Below are positions 1-9,094 of a stretch of 15,916 bases of DNA, in pieces. The notes under the pieces were generated by a model that worked only from the letters and a program-made list of their open reading frames with translations, did no database searches and was not told the DNA's origin. The stretch spans positions 1 through 15,916 of the forward strand of contig JADGIF010000171.1 of the NCBI GenBank assembly GCA_018985225.1. Reading direction: 5' to 3'. Source of the DNA: Amoeboradix gromovi X-113 (taxonomy: Eukaryota > Fungi > Sanchytriomycota). The translations under genes and the position numbers were made by a program. Position 1 is the stretch's first letter. Each line of letters opens with the position of its first letter.

Positions 1-100
1 TGAATGTCCACTCGCCTCTTAAATCCATAAAGTAATAAAGCTGAAATAATGTTCCAAGTTGTTACAGAAAGTTAGTCCAGTTTTTATATTTGATGTCCCA
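1..100 (-). mobile_element. Left end (TIR plus subterminal sequence) of the family 1 Fanzor-associated TIR element; the element runs off the window start
   Basis: The reverse complement of 1-100 (TGGGACATCAAATATAAAAACTGGACTAAC-TTTCTGTAACAACTTGGAACATTATTTCAGC...GAGTGGACATTCA) closely matches 7209-7308 and 15837-15916. The TIR is at 71-100. The outer flank reads ACAC rather than CATA. Confidence 0.85.
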
Positions 101-3100
101 GTGTTTGTTCTCAAAATGTCATTATATCACATGATTGGACTAACTTTGGAACCAAAAACAATCATTAATTGAGCGTGGATATGTACTTGGAATTTCCCAA
201 ATGGTAATTAATTGATTATTTCTAAAGCTCAAATTCGATTGCTTATGACAGATCAACTGGATGACATTGTTATAAATGTACATGGCATTAGAAAAGTAAG
301 TCTGGATTAATCTATGTGGAATTATTCCGAATACTAATTTGAAGTTGCTTTTTTGTAGCATTTGTGTATTCTAGGGCGAATATCTATATTTTCAAAAAGT
401 TAAATGTATATTTAGGTTATTTCACCAATCAATTGTGTAATCAGCTGATATTTACTATCCGGTTCCTCTTTTGTTCTGAGCAACAATAGCAAGTGTTGTA
501 GCAAAGAGATAAAGAAATCTCAGGGTGAGGGTATGCACTATGCAAGCAAGCCATTACATTTGCAGGGATTCGGTCTATTCCGATATCTAGACTACACAAG
601 GGTCGATTGAGAGGAAAAAACCAGGAGAATCTACATGGGCAATACTTCACCTACGGAACATTGGGGTGTATGTCAAGAAAGACTGGAAGTACATAAAAAG
701 GGCACCGACATCCAAGAGCGATGGTGCAGCAGAGAGATTTACAGTGACACAGAAAAAGATAGAGGCGCAAGCCAACAGATAACAGAGCTCTATAGTGTGC
801 ATTGGGAGCGGAGGGCTGCTACCCAAAAATGAGCTCAGTACGGAGGAGAAAAACGTAATTGAGAATCTGAGCAACGATATCATCACATCGATACACCCAG
901 AGGGGTTACTACCATACAAATATCTCACCCGCATCATCTATCCGGACTTGGAACCAAGGCCAAAGCACAAGAGCGAGCAATCAGGCCCTGTCAAAATCAA
1001 TAAACACTGAGTGTCTATTATCAGCGCATTTCCTTGTTGTTACAATTTCCAGTGGCGACTTTTCCTACTTATATCCAACAACAACTGGCACACCCATAGT
1101 TGTAAAGATAATAGAACAATGCTGTGCAAGCTAGTAATTTCATGTCTTATGTAGAACTGGTCCATAATAAAGCATAGCACAAAGTTATTGAAATTTTCTT
1201 GTGCATGTTGTGAATGGTGCAATGGCATCTCTTGAATGCAGATGAGTGTTTTAGGAGTGCCATGATTTGTTTATTCTTTAAAAGATTGTGAACGCAGCAT
1301 TCGCATACTCACTGAACTGAAATATTTAGCTGAATGTTGCCAAGCAATACATTTGGTTAAAACAAACAGCCGAAATGTCATGATGGCAGTAACTCATATT
1401 TATTTTCTTGTGCACTTAAGCGTTTTGCTTATTGAGCAAGCCGTTTCAGCGGATCTTCTTGTGGGAAATTTTCTAGTGCTAATTGAAAATAAGATTATTG
1501 TATTTCTTTGGAACTTCCATACAATTCATTTTTGCAACTGAGATTATTCAAGCCATGACGAACGACGGACCTGTTACTGAAATACAAATCAGAATAATTG
1601 ATAGCACCGTGTAATATTCCTTTGAAGTATCGGTATCTGTTATGCTATTCTGTTTAAATTTACGGAAGTCATTTGAATAATTTGATATGTAAGCTATCCA
1701 AGATTATTTGACCAGATAAATTAGGGTAGTGACATCAAGTCAGAATAAACTTGTTTTATGAGTTTAAGACATGGATAATGATCTAATTTCAATAAATGGG
1801 TAGTACAATTAAATTCTACTCTTAGCTGTAGATGGTTTACAATTAAAGCCATTTGATTTATAATAAATAAAATTTATTTTTAAATTTGGAGTTTGTGACA
1901 TTTTGCCAGACCAGGTGCAATTAAGCTTAATAAACGTATTCTGAACAAAGCAAAAAGTGGTGTCCTTTTAAGTAAAAACAGACTTAGCCTGAGATAGCTT
2001 GAAACTGTGAAGTGTAGATTGGCGTGCGGGTCGGCTAGCGCGGACACACCCGTTTATGTTCTGTCTTTCGCGTTAATTGCAATGTGTTGAGCCACATTTT
2101 TTGTTAAATTATTAATAAGTGTTGATCTATTATTTTATAAGCATCAAAATAAACCTGGAACCAACCACTGCAAAATTCGGAATTATCAAGTATAAAAATT
2201 GCAAAACATACCATATTTACTGACTTTATGACTTTTCTGAACGTGGGTGTCTGTTTTTTGTATGCGCGTGAAGGTGCCTCAAACTAGTAAATGATCTAGT
2301 ACAACCTTGTTCACCACAGCTAAATAACCTTACTGCGTCAAGTTCACGGTATCGATTTCCTGTCGGTGGAGCACTGTAGTAGTTTAACATGGTTGTTTGA
2401 AATTATGTCGAAGGGATATTTCTAAATCAAAAAAACGTGCGAATTCACCATTCGTTAACGTGATTTAAAATTCATGTTGGTGCAAAGATTGGGGGGATAT
2501 CGATTTTGCATAAATTGATAATCGAATATAAACTGGCCCGGCATGACTTAATAAGATGATTTTTAGATTTATGAAAATCAAGCATAATAATCAAATCATG
2601 CATGGTCATTTTAACCTGAAGCAATAAATATTGCACATGGGCGCTAATTATTGCATCAGAACTTTCACCTATTTATGTAAACTCGAAAACCCAATTATGC
2701 TAACAAAATACGGACTTTAATTGGCGAGATTATAAGATAACAAATTTTTAAAGTTACTACACAGAAATATAGGGTGTGTAAAATGGCAGATGTCATGCAA
2801 TGTGCTTGCCATTTGATGATGAGGGGCCTGAACTTTAATAATTTAAAATTCTAATTGTACTATACTTTCAGAATCATTGGAAGGGATTATTGGCAATTAG
2901 AGGAATGTGCATACCACAATTGTTTTTGAAGTCTTGATTAAACTTGTCAGACATTCAAAAAGTCTACAACTCGTGCCATTAACCTGGTTATTTTCATTTA
3001 AGCTAGAAATAACATCACTTTTAAACTTAAGTTCTGATGCCGCCGCATATCTCAAGCATATTAGCTTGTGTAGATACCATGGCAGAACTTTTGCATGCGT

Positions 3101-3412
3101 TGGTGTCTCGATGTTCCTGTTACCCAAAAGTTTGACATTGAACGTGTGATCATATAAACCATCTTTCAGCTGTCTCAATTAAAACATTGGATCAGTTTTA
3201 CACTTTGATTATAATCATATTACTTCGATATCAACTCTTTCTGGAATCTTTCAGATAATTTGCCTTAAATAAATATAACACAAAAAGATGCAAAATATAC
3301 TAAGTCGTATTGTGTGGAAATCTCCACCGATGGTCTATGTTTGAATCTATTTGACATTTAGTCACCAAATAATGGCCGCCCGATTTTTTAAAACCTGGAG
3401 ATTAATTTCAAT

Positions 3413-5359
3413 ATGAATTTCTATTTTGAAATGCTGCTTCTATACTTTTTAATACAACTCCATCTGTACTTTCAAGCTTCTTATTCTGCATATATGCCCC
3501 CGATCTACGCTAACTCGCATACTGCTCTCAATAATACCTGCATAATTCAATATGAAATGAATCGCAATTTAGAAATGTCACACATACTTTTAAATTACAA
3601 ACAGTACGGTACAGTTCAGGTTATGTATAACCCTTTTCTAAAACTTAAGTTAAGCACTATTATTATGCCTGGTCAATCTGATCCCCCCCCTCAATTCCCT
3701 GTTGGAAAATCCATAAACTATGAATATTGCACTCACCTATTATTCCTCGGAGCTAACGATTTGCTTACTAATCACCCGTACCACCTCGTGTCTCGTGACG
3801 ATTATTCTAGTTATGGTTTCACGGTATTTAATTCATTCCAAATGCAAAAAGACTACAGTGTTAGCTCTTTTATTATAAACGTCAAATACAAGGATGTAAT
3901 AGAAGATCTACTGGCTAGTTCTCCAAATGTTCCAATTTCTACTCTGCTTCTGGACTATTTCAAATCTCATGACTTACCATTTGGCACGGTGTCAGATGCT
4001 TTATTAGCTAGTAACTCACGCATTATGTTTTGCGGCACTGCTATTTCTTATTATACGAACAACATATTGATATTAATTAAATCAAACAAACCTCAACATC
4101 GATTTTACAAGATGCAGAATGTAATAAACGAGTATACCGCACTGTCAAACATATCAAGCCTGGTAAGTAGCAATGTTCTAGGTGGCTGTTGGGATAACGT
4201 GGCTAATAACCCAGTAAACACTACGTCTTCTGTGATTTCTACAATAAATAGCAAGTTAAAGATATTAAATGCGTATGACAGCTGCAACACTACACCTGAA
4301 CGGTTGCGGGACGTATATGTCGGGTCAGACAATTGGTCTCCACATGAAGCTAAAACGAAACAAGGCAAGTCTTTATTACAGAATTACCTGAAGTCGATCA
4401 AATCACTCGATGTATCTCAATTTACAAATGCAAGTACACCTAATAATACACGCGGCATCGTATTTCTGTCTTTTGATGAGAACTTTAGCGAGGTATACGC
4501 ATCTCTACAGATTATTAGACTTTATTTAAACATGTCGCTACCAATAGAGATATTCAGTCATAAGGAGATTAGCGATGTGCATATAAAACAGCTAGAGAGT
4601 TTATCTGATGTTAAAGTATTGGACATAAGAGATGAAGTAGTCCCGAACTTACCACTAAATTTTCAGCCCAATGCTAAAAACTATCACTTGAAGGTGGCAG
4701 CATTGTTAATGAGTAGTTTTAGTGAGATACTGTATTTGGATAGTGATTGTATGCCAGTTAAGAACGCCGATTTTATGTTCAAATCAAAAGAATATCTCGA
4801 AACAGGACTGGTCATGTTCATGGATATGTGGACGACAATGCCTAGCAATCCGATCTGGGGGATATTCGACATTGATTGCGTAAGCGAACTGGAGATGGAA
4901 TCGGGTGCATGGTTAGTGAATAAGAAAGTTCACTATTATACTCTACTGTTAGCACTGTACATAATGAGTGACCACGAGTACTGGTTTCAGTTTATACTCG
5001 GAGACAAAGATGTAATGAGATACACGAGTAGATATTTACACGCTACACACTACGTAGATCCAGGGTTTATGGGAGAAATGGGATACAGAAAGAGAAATTC
5101 CGACGAAGTATGTGGGTTTGTCATGGTGCAGCAATTTAGAAACGAGTTGATGTTCTTCCATGCCAACATGTTGAAATGCAGAGATAGGGTAGGTAAAGAC
5201 GGATTTACAACAATACAAATGTATAATGATACACGCAAGATAGGAGCCAGAACAGCAGATTGCTGTATAATGTTTGATGGTTCTGAGCATATAGAGAAAC
5301 CTCTGCAGCTACAGGGTTTTTTGAATGATGGCCTGTTTAAGTATAAAAACTATCAGTAG
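3413..5359 (+). CDS. Alpha-mannosyltransferase, GT71 / MNN1-MNN2 (Mannosyl_trans3) family, with N-terminal signal/anchor
   Basis: 648-aa ORF with a hydrophobic N-terminus. The C-terminal half has family motifs RGIV, LPIEIF, KVAALLMSSFSEILYLDSD (DxD), EMESGAWLVNK, GDKD and FFHAN. Confidence 0.85.
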   Translation: MNFYFEMLLLYFLIQLHLYFQASYSAYMPPIYANSHTALNNTCIIQYEMNRNLEMSHILLNYKQYGTVQVMYNPFLKLKLSTIIMPGQSDPPPQFPVGKSINYEYCTHLLFLGANDLLTNHPYHLVSRDDYSSYGFTVFNSFQMQKDYSVSSFIINVKYKDVIEDLLASSPNVPISTLLLDYFKSHDLPFGTVSDALLASNSRIMFCGTAISYYTNNILILIKSNKPQHRFYKMQNVINEYTALSNISSLVSSNVLGGCWDNVANNPVNTTSSVISTINSKLKILNAYDSCNTTPERLRDVYVGSDNWSPHEAKTKQGKSLLQNYLKSIKSLDVSQFTNASTPNNTRGIVFLSFDENFSEVYASLQIIRLYLNMSLPIEIFSHKEISDVHIKQLESLSDVKVLDIRDEVVPNLPLNFQPNAKNYHLKVAALLMSSFSEILYLDSDCMPVKNADFMFKSKEYLETGLVMFMDMWTTMPSNPIWGIFDIDCVSELEMESGAWLVNKKVHYYTLLLALYIMSDHEYWFQFILGDKDVMRYTSRYLHATHYVDPGFMGEMGYRKRNSDEVCGFVMVQQFRNELMFFHANMLKCRDRVGKDGFTTIQMYNDTRKIGARTADCCIMFDGSEHIEKPLQLQGFLNDGLFKYKNYQ

Positions 5360-5424
5360 TAATAAATTGTAAATGACAGAAATAGTCCTAGCTGAATCAC
5401 TTGGGTCGGTGTAATAAGTATTTA

Positions 5425-6165
5425 TTAAAAGATTATGTCAGCATCTCGATCATCTGAAATAATATTGGAAAACTGCTGATCTATATGCGTTCCTTTTAAT
5501 TTGGCTTCCAGTTCGGCTTCCTCGACGTCTCTTTTCTTTTTGCCTTGCACCTTTTTTAATCGATAAAACTCTTCTCGATCTTGCTCGTCCAACTCACTAG
5601 TGATATAGGAAATCGTATTCTCAATTTTGGGGATAATGACATGCTCAATAGCATTAACCCTGCGATTAGTTTGTTTAATGACTTCATCTAATATTACAAA
5701 CGCTGTCTGCAAGGAGGCTAATTCAACCAGAGCTTGAACAGCTTTGGTGTACATATCTTTTGTTTTAGTTAGTTGCTGGCCGCCTTTTCCGAGACCGGCC
5801 ATCTCAAAGACTGTGCCCGATTCTAAAAACGGTTCAAATACAGGGAGCATAACACCGCTAACATTCTCAGATCTGCTTTTAACTTTGAATTTAGCTGAAC
5901 CTTTAACTGAATGGCGAAGTTGAAAACTAAAATCACCCATGGCATAGTTGGCTTCAGCTAGTGAAAAAGAAGCAATCTGCATGACTTTCCCCATCTTTAA
6001 TTTGGCTTCATGAATCTTTTCGACAATTAATCTAAATTTTTTAGTTAAAGCCTCACTTTTTCGTTTTAACAGGGAATGTCCAGTTTTAGCACCTTTTAAT
6101 TTTATTTTCATATTAGTTTGAGCCATTCTTGTTGGAAATATTGCCATTCTGTTCTGGGCACTCAT
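5425..6165 (-). CDS. VMA8: V-type proton ATPase subunit D
   Basis: 246 aa with [51 protein letters not shown] and [17 protein letters not shown]. It ends DADIIF at TAA, as expected for the family. Confidence 0.97.
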   Translation of the reverse strand: MSAQNRMAIFPTRMAQTNMKIKLKGAKTGHSLLKRKSEALTKKFRLIVEKIHEAKLKMGKVMQIASFSLAEANYAMGDFSFQLRHSVKGSAKFKVKSRSENVSGVMLPVFEPFLESGTVFEMAGLGKGGQQLTKTKDMYTKAVQALVELASLQTAFVILDEVIKQTNRRVNAIEHVIIPKIENTISYITSELDEQDREEFYRLKKVQGKKKRDVEEAELEAKLKGTHIDQQFSNIISDDRDADIIF

Positions 6166-6308
6166 CTCAGGCTAAATTAACCAGGTTTCGAAAAATATAT
6201 TTCCAAATAAGACCAATTTTATGGCAGCTTTACCGACCAAATCAGCTTGATATCATTGCACTTAAGAAATAAAAATATGTTTTTGTGCTTTGGCAAAAAA
6301 TATGCTAA

Positions 6309-7052
6309 ATGTTAGGTCACTCGATGATTTCCAATTATTTAAACATTTTTAAGCCATTACTTGGAGCAGTAACTACAAAAAGCCTATCTGGTTCATGCAA
6401 CGATAAATCAGATGATACTCTTATTCCAAAAATAATGAAGGACTTTCAAAATGATGTTCAAAATTTTAATGACTTTCAAACAGGATCCTGGAATTTAGAA
6501 AAGAAGCGGGATGTTAAAATTGCCGAATGTATAGACAAGAACCCAAACAAAACAGAGGGTATATCAATAGCAGGAAATAGTCCTAGTTCAAATACACTGG
6601 GTTTAGAATCATCTAAATACGATACTTTACTGATAAAGTATCACAAACTCGTTTCTCTGGAAGAAAGAGGTCGGATTTTTAATCAGAAGTTGATGGAAAA
6701 ATTAAGACTAGTGAGCGATAAGAGAAAAGAGCTAGAATTTCTCAACACCACAACGATTTCGACAAATAAAAAAGACTGCAATAACTTGACAAATCAAATT
6801 ACTAAAAGCTTGACTCATCAGAAAAATACTATTTCAGTTGAAAAGAGTAATGGCCCTGAAATCCTAGCTCAGGAACGAATCAGTAATGAAATGGGAACCG
6901 AGATTGCAAATTATTTTAAGACTTATAGCCTTTTAATTTCAAAAAGCGAAAAAGAAGAAATTAAAAATTTGAAGAAGGAAATCGCGATATTGAGAAGGGA
7001 GAAATTTGATCTTCGAAGCAGATCACATTTCAAGTCACAACACAAAAAATGA
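6309..7052 (+). CDS. Hypothetical protein, K/E-rich with likely coiled-coil segments
   Basis: 247-aa ORF, long for AT-rich DNA, divergent from VMA8 with a 143-bp gap. Heptad-like stretches (EKEEIKNLKKEIAILRREKFDLR). No family recognised. Confidence 0.55.
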   Translation: MLGHSMISNYLNIFKPLLGAVTTKSLSGSCNDKSDDTLIPKIMKDFQNDVQNFNDFQTGSWNLEKKRDVKIAECIDKNPNKTEGISIAGNSPSSNTLGLESSKYDTLLIKYHKLVSLEERGRIFNQKLMEKLRLVSDKRKELEFLNTTTISTNKKDCNNLTNQITKSLTHQKNTISVEKSNGPEILAQERISNEMGTEIANYFKTYSLLISKSEKEEIKNLKKEIAILRREKFDLRSRSHFKSQHKK

Positions 7053-7208
7053 AATAAATCCTCTCTATTATGAAATTAAAACTCTTTCTAAAGCTTTAAA
7101 AGTCATTCGTATATCTGAGTAAAAAGGCTTATGGTACCTTGGATCTTGATGATATTTGCTGCAAAATATATTTACATGTTTGCTAAAGCAAAAACGTTTA
7201 TTTACATA

Positions 7209-7238
7209 AGGGACATCAAATATAAAAACTGGACTAAC
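7209..7238 (+). repeat. Left terminal inverted repeat (30 bp)
   Basis: AGGGACATCAAATATAAAAACTGGACTAAC. The reverse complement of 7666-7695 is TGGGACACCAAATATAAAAACTAGACTAAC. Confidence 0.92.
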
Positions 7239-7320
7239 TTTCTATAACAACTTGAACATTATTTCAGCTTTATTAATTTTATGGATTTAAGAGACGAGTG
7301 GACATTCAGCTAGTTGCGGA

Positions 7321-7576
7321 GTTGACGAGTATAAAAGAAAATAAATATTCTGTACAGCTATTCTCTTACTCTTTCATCCAGTCTTTATTTCAAATAAAAT
7401 ATCACTATTACTCTGTAAAAACTAGAATAGATAAGAGTAATGATGTTAGTACAACATTACAAAATGACTCTAGAAAGGAGCACCGTCTAAGAAAATGCAC
7501 CTTTTGCTTAGATGCTCAAAGACCTCATATATTTGAACGAGATGCAGGGTCTTCTAGTTTTATTTTAAAAGGAGGA
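7321..7576 (+). pseudogene. Fanzor1/TnpB-like nuclease C-terminal remnant (RuvC-II, Zn finger, RuvC-III)
   Basis: VDEYK at 7321-7335. After a frameshift comes SVQLFSYSF, where TTC 7361 and TCT 7370 are each one substitution from Cys codons, giving QLCSYC. Then HRLRKCTFC (C at 7496) and IFERDAGSSSFILKGG (ERD 7535-7543), resembling the RD-x-NA-x-x-NI motif. Confidence 0.65.
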
Positions 7577-7624
7577 ATACAGTCAATGAAAGAAAATTGG
7601 TATAATAGAAGATCTTTTATTAAT

Positions 7625-7712
7625 GATAGCATTTCCACAGTATGGTGCACCTTCTTTAAAAACGAGTTAGTCTAGTTTTTATATTTGGTGTCCCATAACA
7701 TTAGTTTTAACA
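7625..7712 (+). ncRNA. Predicted omegaRNA: structured right-end scaffold plus flanking guide (boundaries approximate)
   Basis: Located at the element right end, downstream of RuvC-III. Long hairpin pairs GCACC 7647-7651 with GGTGT 7687-7691 and TAAAAAC 7657-7663 with GTTTTTA 7675-7681. Function is inferred from known Fanzor architecture. Confidence 0.45.
7666..7695 (-). repeat. Right terminal inverted repeat (30 bp)
   Basis: GTTAGTCTAGTTTTTATATTTGGTGTCCCA followed by TA. Confidence 0.92.
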
Positions 7713-8936
7713 TGTTTCTAATCCTTCATCCACCAAGTTCATGGCTACCGAATCAAACGTATTAACAGAATATTTCCAACTCGCATATAAGAAAGGCGTT
7801 ACAACTAGCAGAGTTATTGTTATAAATAAGCTAGTCCATAGCGGTCCACCAATACTCATAATGTATCCACTTGTGAATGGAAATACTGCGATTCCGAGGG
7901 CGGTAAAGAAGTTAAATGAGCCATGAAGAGAGCTAGGGTGGACTTTCAACACTTGACACAAATAACTTGGGACAGGACTTGAAGTAAAAACAAACCCAAT
8001 ACTTAGTATCACAAGACCGAAGCACATCATTAGAAGAGATTTAGAAAGTAAAATTAGGTATGTGGAGATTAACAAAAGACATAATCCCAACCACAAAAGG
8101 ATATACTCTGATACAATTTTGCTTAAATGACCCATCAATAGACATGCGACAGTTGCAGGAATAGTTATGTTGAGAAAGTATGTCCCTATGTACTGATCTT
8201 GGATGTGAAATCGATCTCTAAGAATAATGGAAATTAGACTCTCAAACGCAGCACGAACGCCAGCACTTAGAAATGCCAGGTATATGCCTGATATGTACGC
8301 TGGATGAAAGAGATGCACGGAATCCATTTTTTCGTGTTGAATCAATTTGTGCAGGTTGAGGTTTTCTGGACAAAAAATGGAAGTAATAAATCCAAGAGTA
8401 CCAAGAACAGCTGCAGATGTTCCATATCCCACGACAGAGTATGAATTGAAGATAAAAGAAGAGATCACTGGGGATATTATCGTGGAAGTGTTAAATGCCG
8501 CAAATAAATAGCCATTGAATATGGCCTGTTTATCTTTATCGAATAGCTCAGATACAATGAGAAGCCCTAATTGCCATACCAACCCTTCACCAAATCCTTG
8601 GAGAGCCAATAAAAGAAAAAATTCCGTTTTATCTACCAAAAAAGCCATGCTAACACCGTATACGCTAAGAATTACATAGGCTGCTACAAGAAACACTTTA
8701 CGGCGTCTATATATCTCCATTAAATATGCAAATAACACAGAACCTACAAGCCATCCTATCCCAAATACCAACAATGGCAATCCCAGTAACTCCTCACCCA
8801 TATCCAATCTTTTCAGGAACAACGGCAACAAAGGCATAAGCATCCCTAGTGTACCATCATAGCTGAATATGCCAAATGCTACTAAGAAAAACCACCTCCA
8901 TTCATACCTTATAAAACTAAAACCATTAAAAAGCAT
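7707..8936 (-). CDS. Major facilitator superfamily transporter (MFS_1, DHA1/VMAT-like)
   Basis: 409 aa with about 12 hydrophobic segments in a 6+6 arrangement. Motif-A-like loops AYLMEIYRRRK and GHLSKIVSEY, LQGFGEG, and N-terminal LMPLLPLFL. Confidence 0.88.
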   Translation of the reverse strand: MLFNGFSFIRYEWRWFFLVAFGIFSYDGTLGMLMPLLPLFLKRLDMGEELLGLPLLVFGIGWLVGSVLFAYLMEIYRRRKVFLVAAYVILSVYGVSMAFLVDKTEFFLLLALQGFGEGLVWQLGLLIVSELFDKDKQAIFNGYLFAAFNTSTIISPVISSFIFNSYSVVGYGTSAAVLGTLGFITSIFCPENLNLHKLIQHEKMDSVHLFHPAYISGIYLAFLSAGVRAAFESLISIILRDRFHIQDQYIGTYFLNITIPATVACLLMGHLSKIVSEYILLWLGLCLLLISTYLILLSKSLLMMCFGLVILSIGFVFTSSPVPSYLCQVLKVHPSSLHGSFNFFTALGIAVFPFTSGYIMSIGGPLWTSLFITITLLVVTPFLYASWKYSVNTFDSVAMNLVDEGLETC

Positions 8937-9094
8937 TCCTCTACAAGAGGAGCGGTAATCGATTTTAATTACATAGACAATTTATACCGATTAAATTTCT
9001 TTAAACTTTTAGTTGAAATTCGTAATTGGAATGATCTGGCTTGCTATGTTTATAGCCTTTTTAATGGGTTGACTGCTGAATTTTATTAAAGCTC

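Larger units (their letters stand above)
7209..7695 (+). mobile_element. Complete 487-bp non-autonomous TIR element (TA TSD, Tc1/mariner-like) carrying Fanzor1 remnants
   Basis: Left TIR 7209-7238 and right TIR 7666-7695 match at 27/30 positions. TA lies on both sides (7207-7208 and 7696-7697). CATA (7205-7208) immediately precedes the element. Two further left-end copies occur in the window. Confidence 0.88.

Noticed and set aside
204-227. Intron-like GTAATT...CTAAAG (24 nt)
   Set aside because: No recognisable protein is rebuilt on splicing.
1378-1645. Minus-strand frame of about 85 codons broken by two TAA stops
   Set aside because: No recognisable motif; could be chance or an unidentifiable relic.
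2041-2253. Imperfect inverted repeat CGGACACACCCGTTTA / TGAACGTGGGTGTCTG, a possible MITE
   Set aside because: Only 12/16 match, no TSD and no second copy in the window.
2372-2764. CACTGTAGTAG... and ...TTACTACACAG as possible CACTA-like ends
   Set aside because: Match is short and gapped in AT-rich DNA, with no TSD.
2897-3178. Overlapping 93-aa and 80-aa ORFs
   Set aside because: Non-ATG starts in a eukaryotic context and no recognisable domain.
5425-5427. Alternative genetic code (TAA/TAG read as Gln) as an explanation for broken frames
   Set aside because: VMA8 ends at TAA and NASP at TAG exactly at their conserved C-termini, and long genes have no internal TAA or TAG.
7298-7675. 125-aa ORF as a functional gene
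   Set aside because: GTG start, lies within the TIR element and ends in the right TIR. It is a Fanzor fragment lacking RuvC-I.
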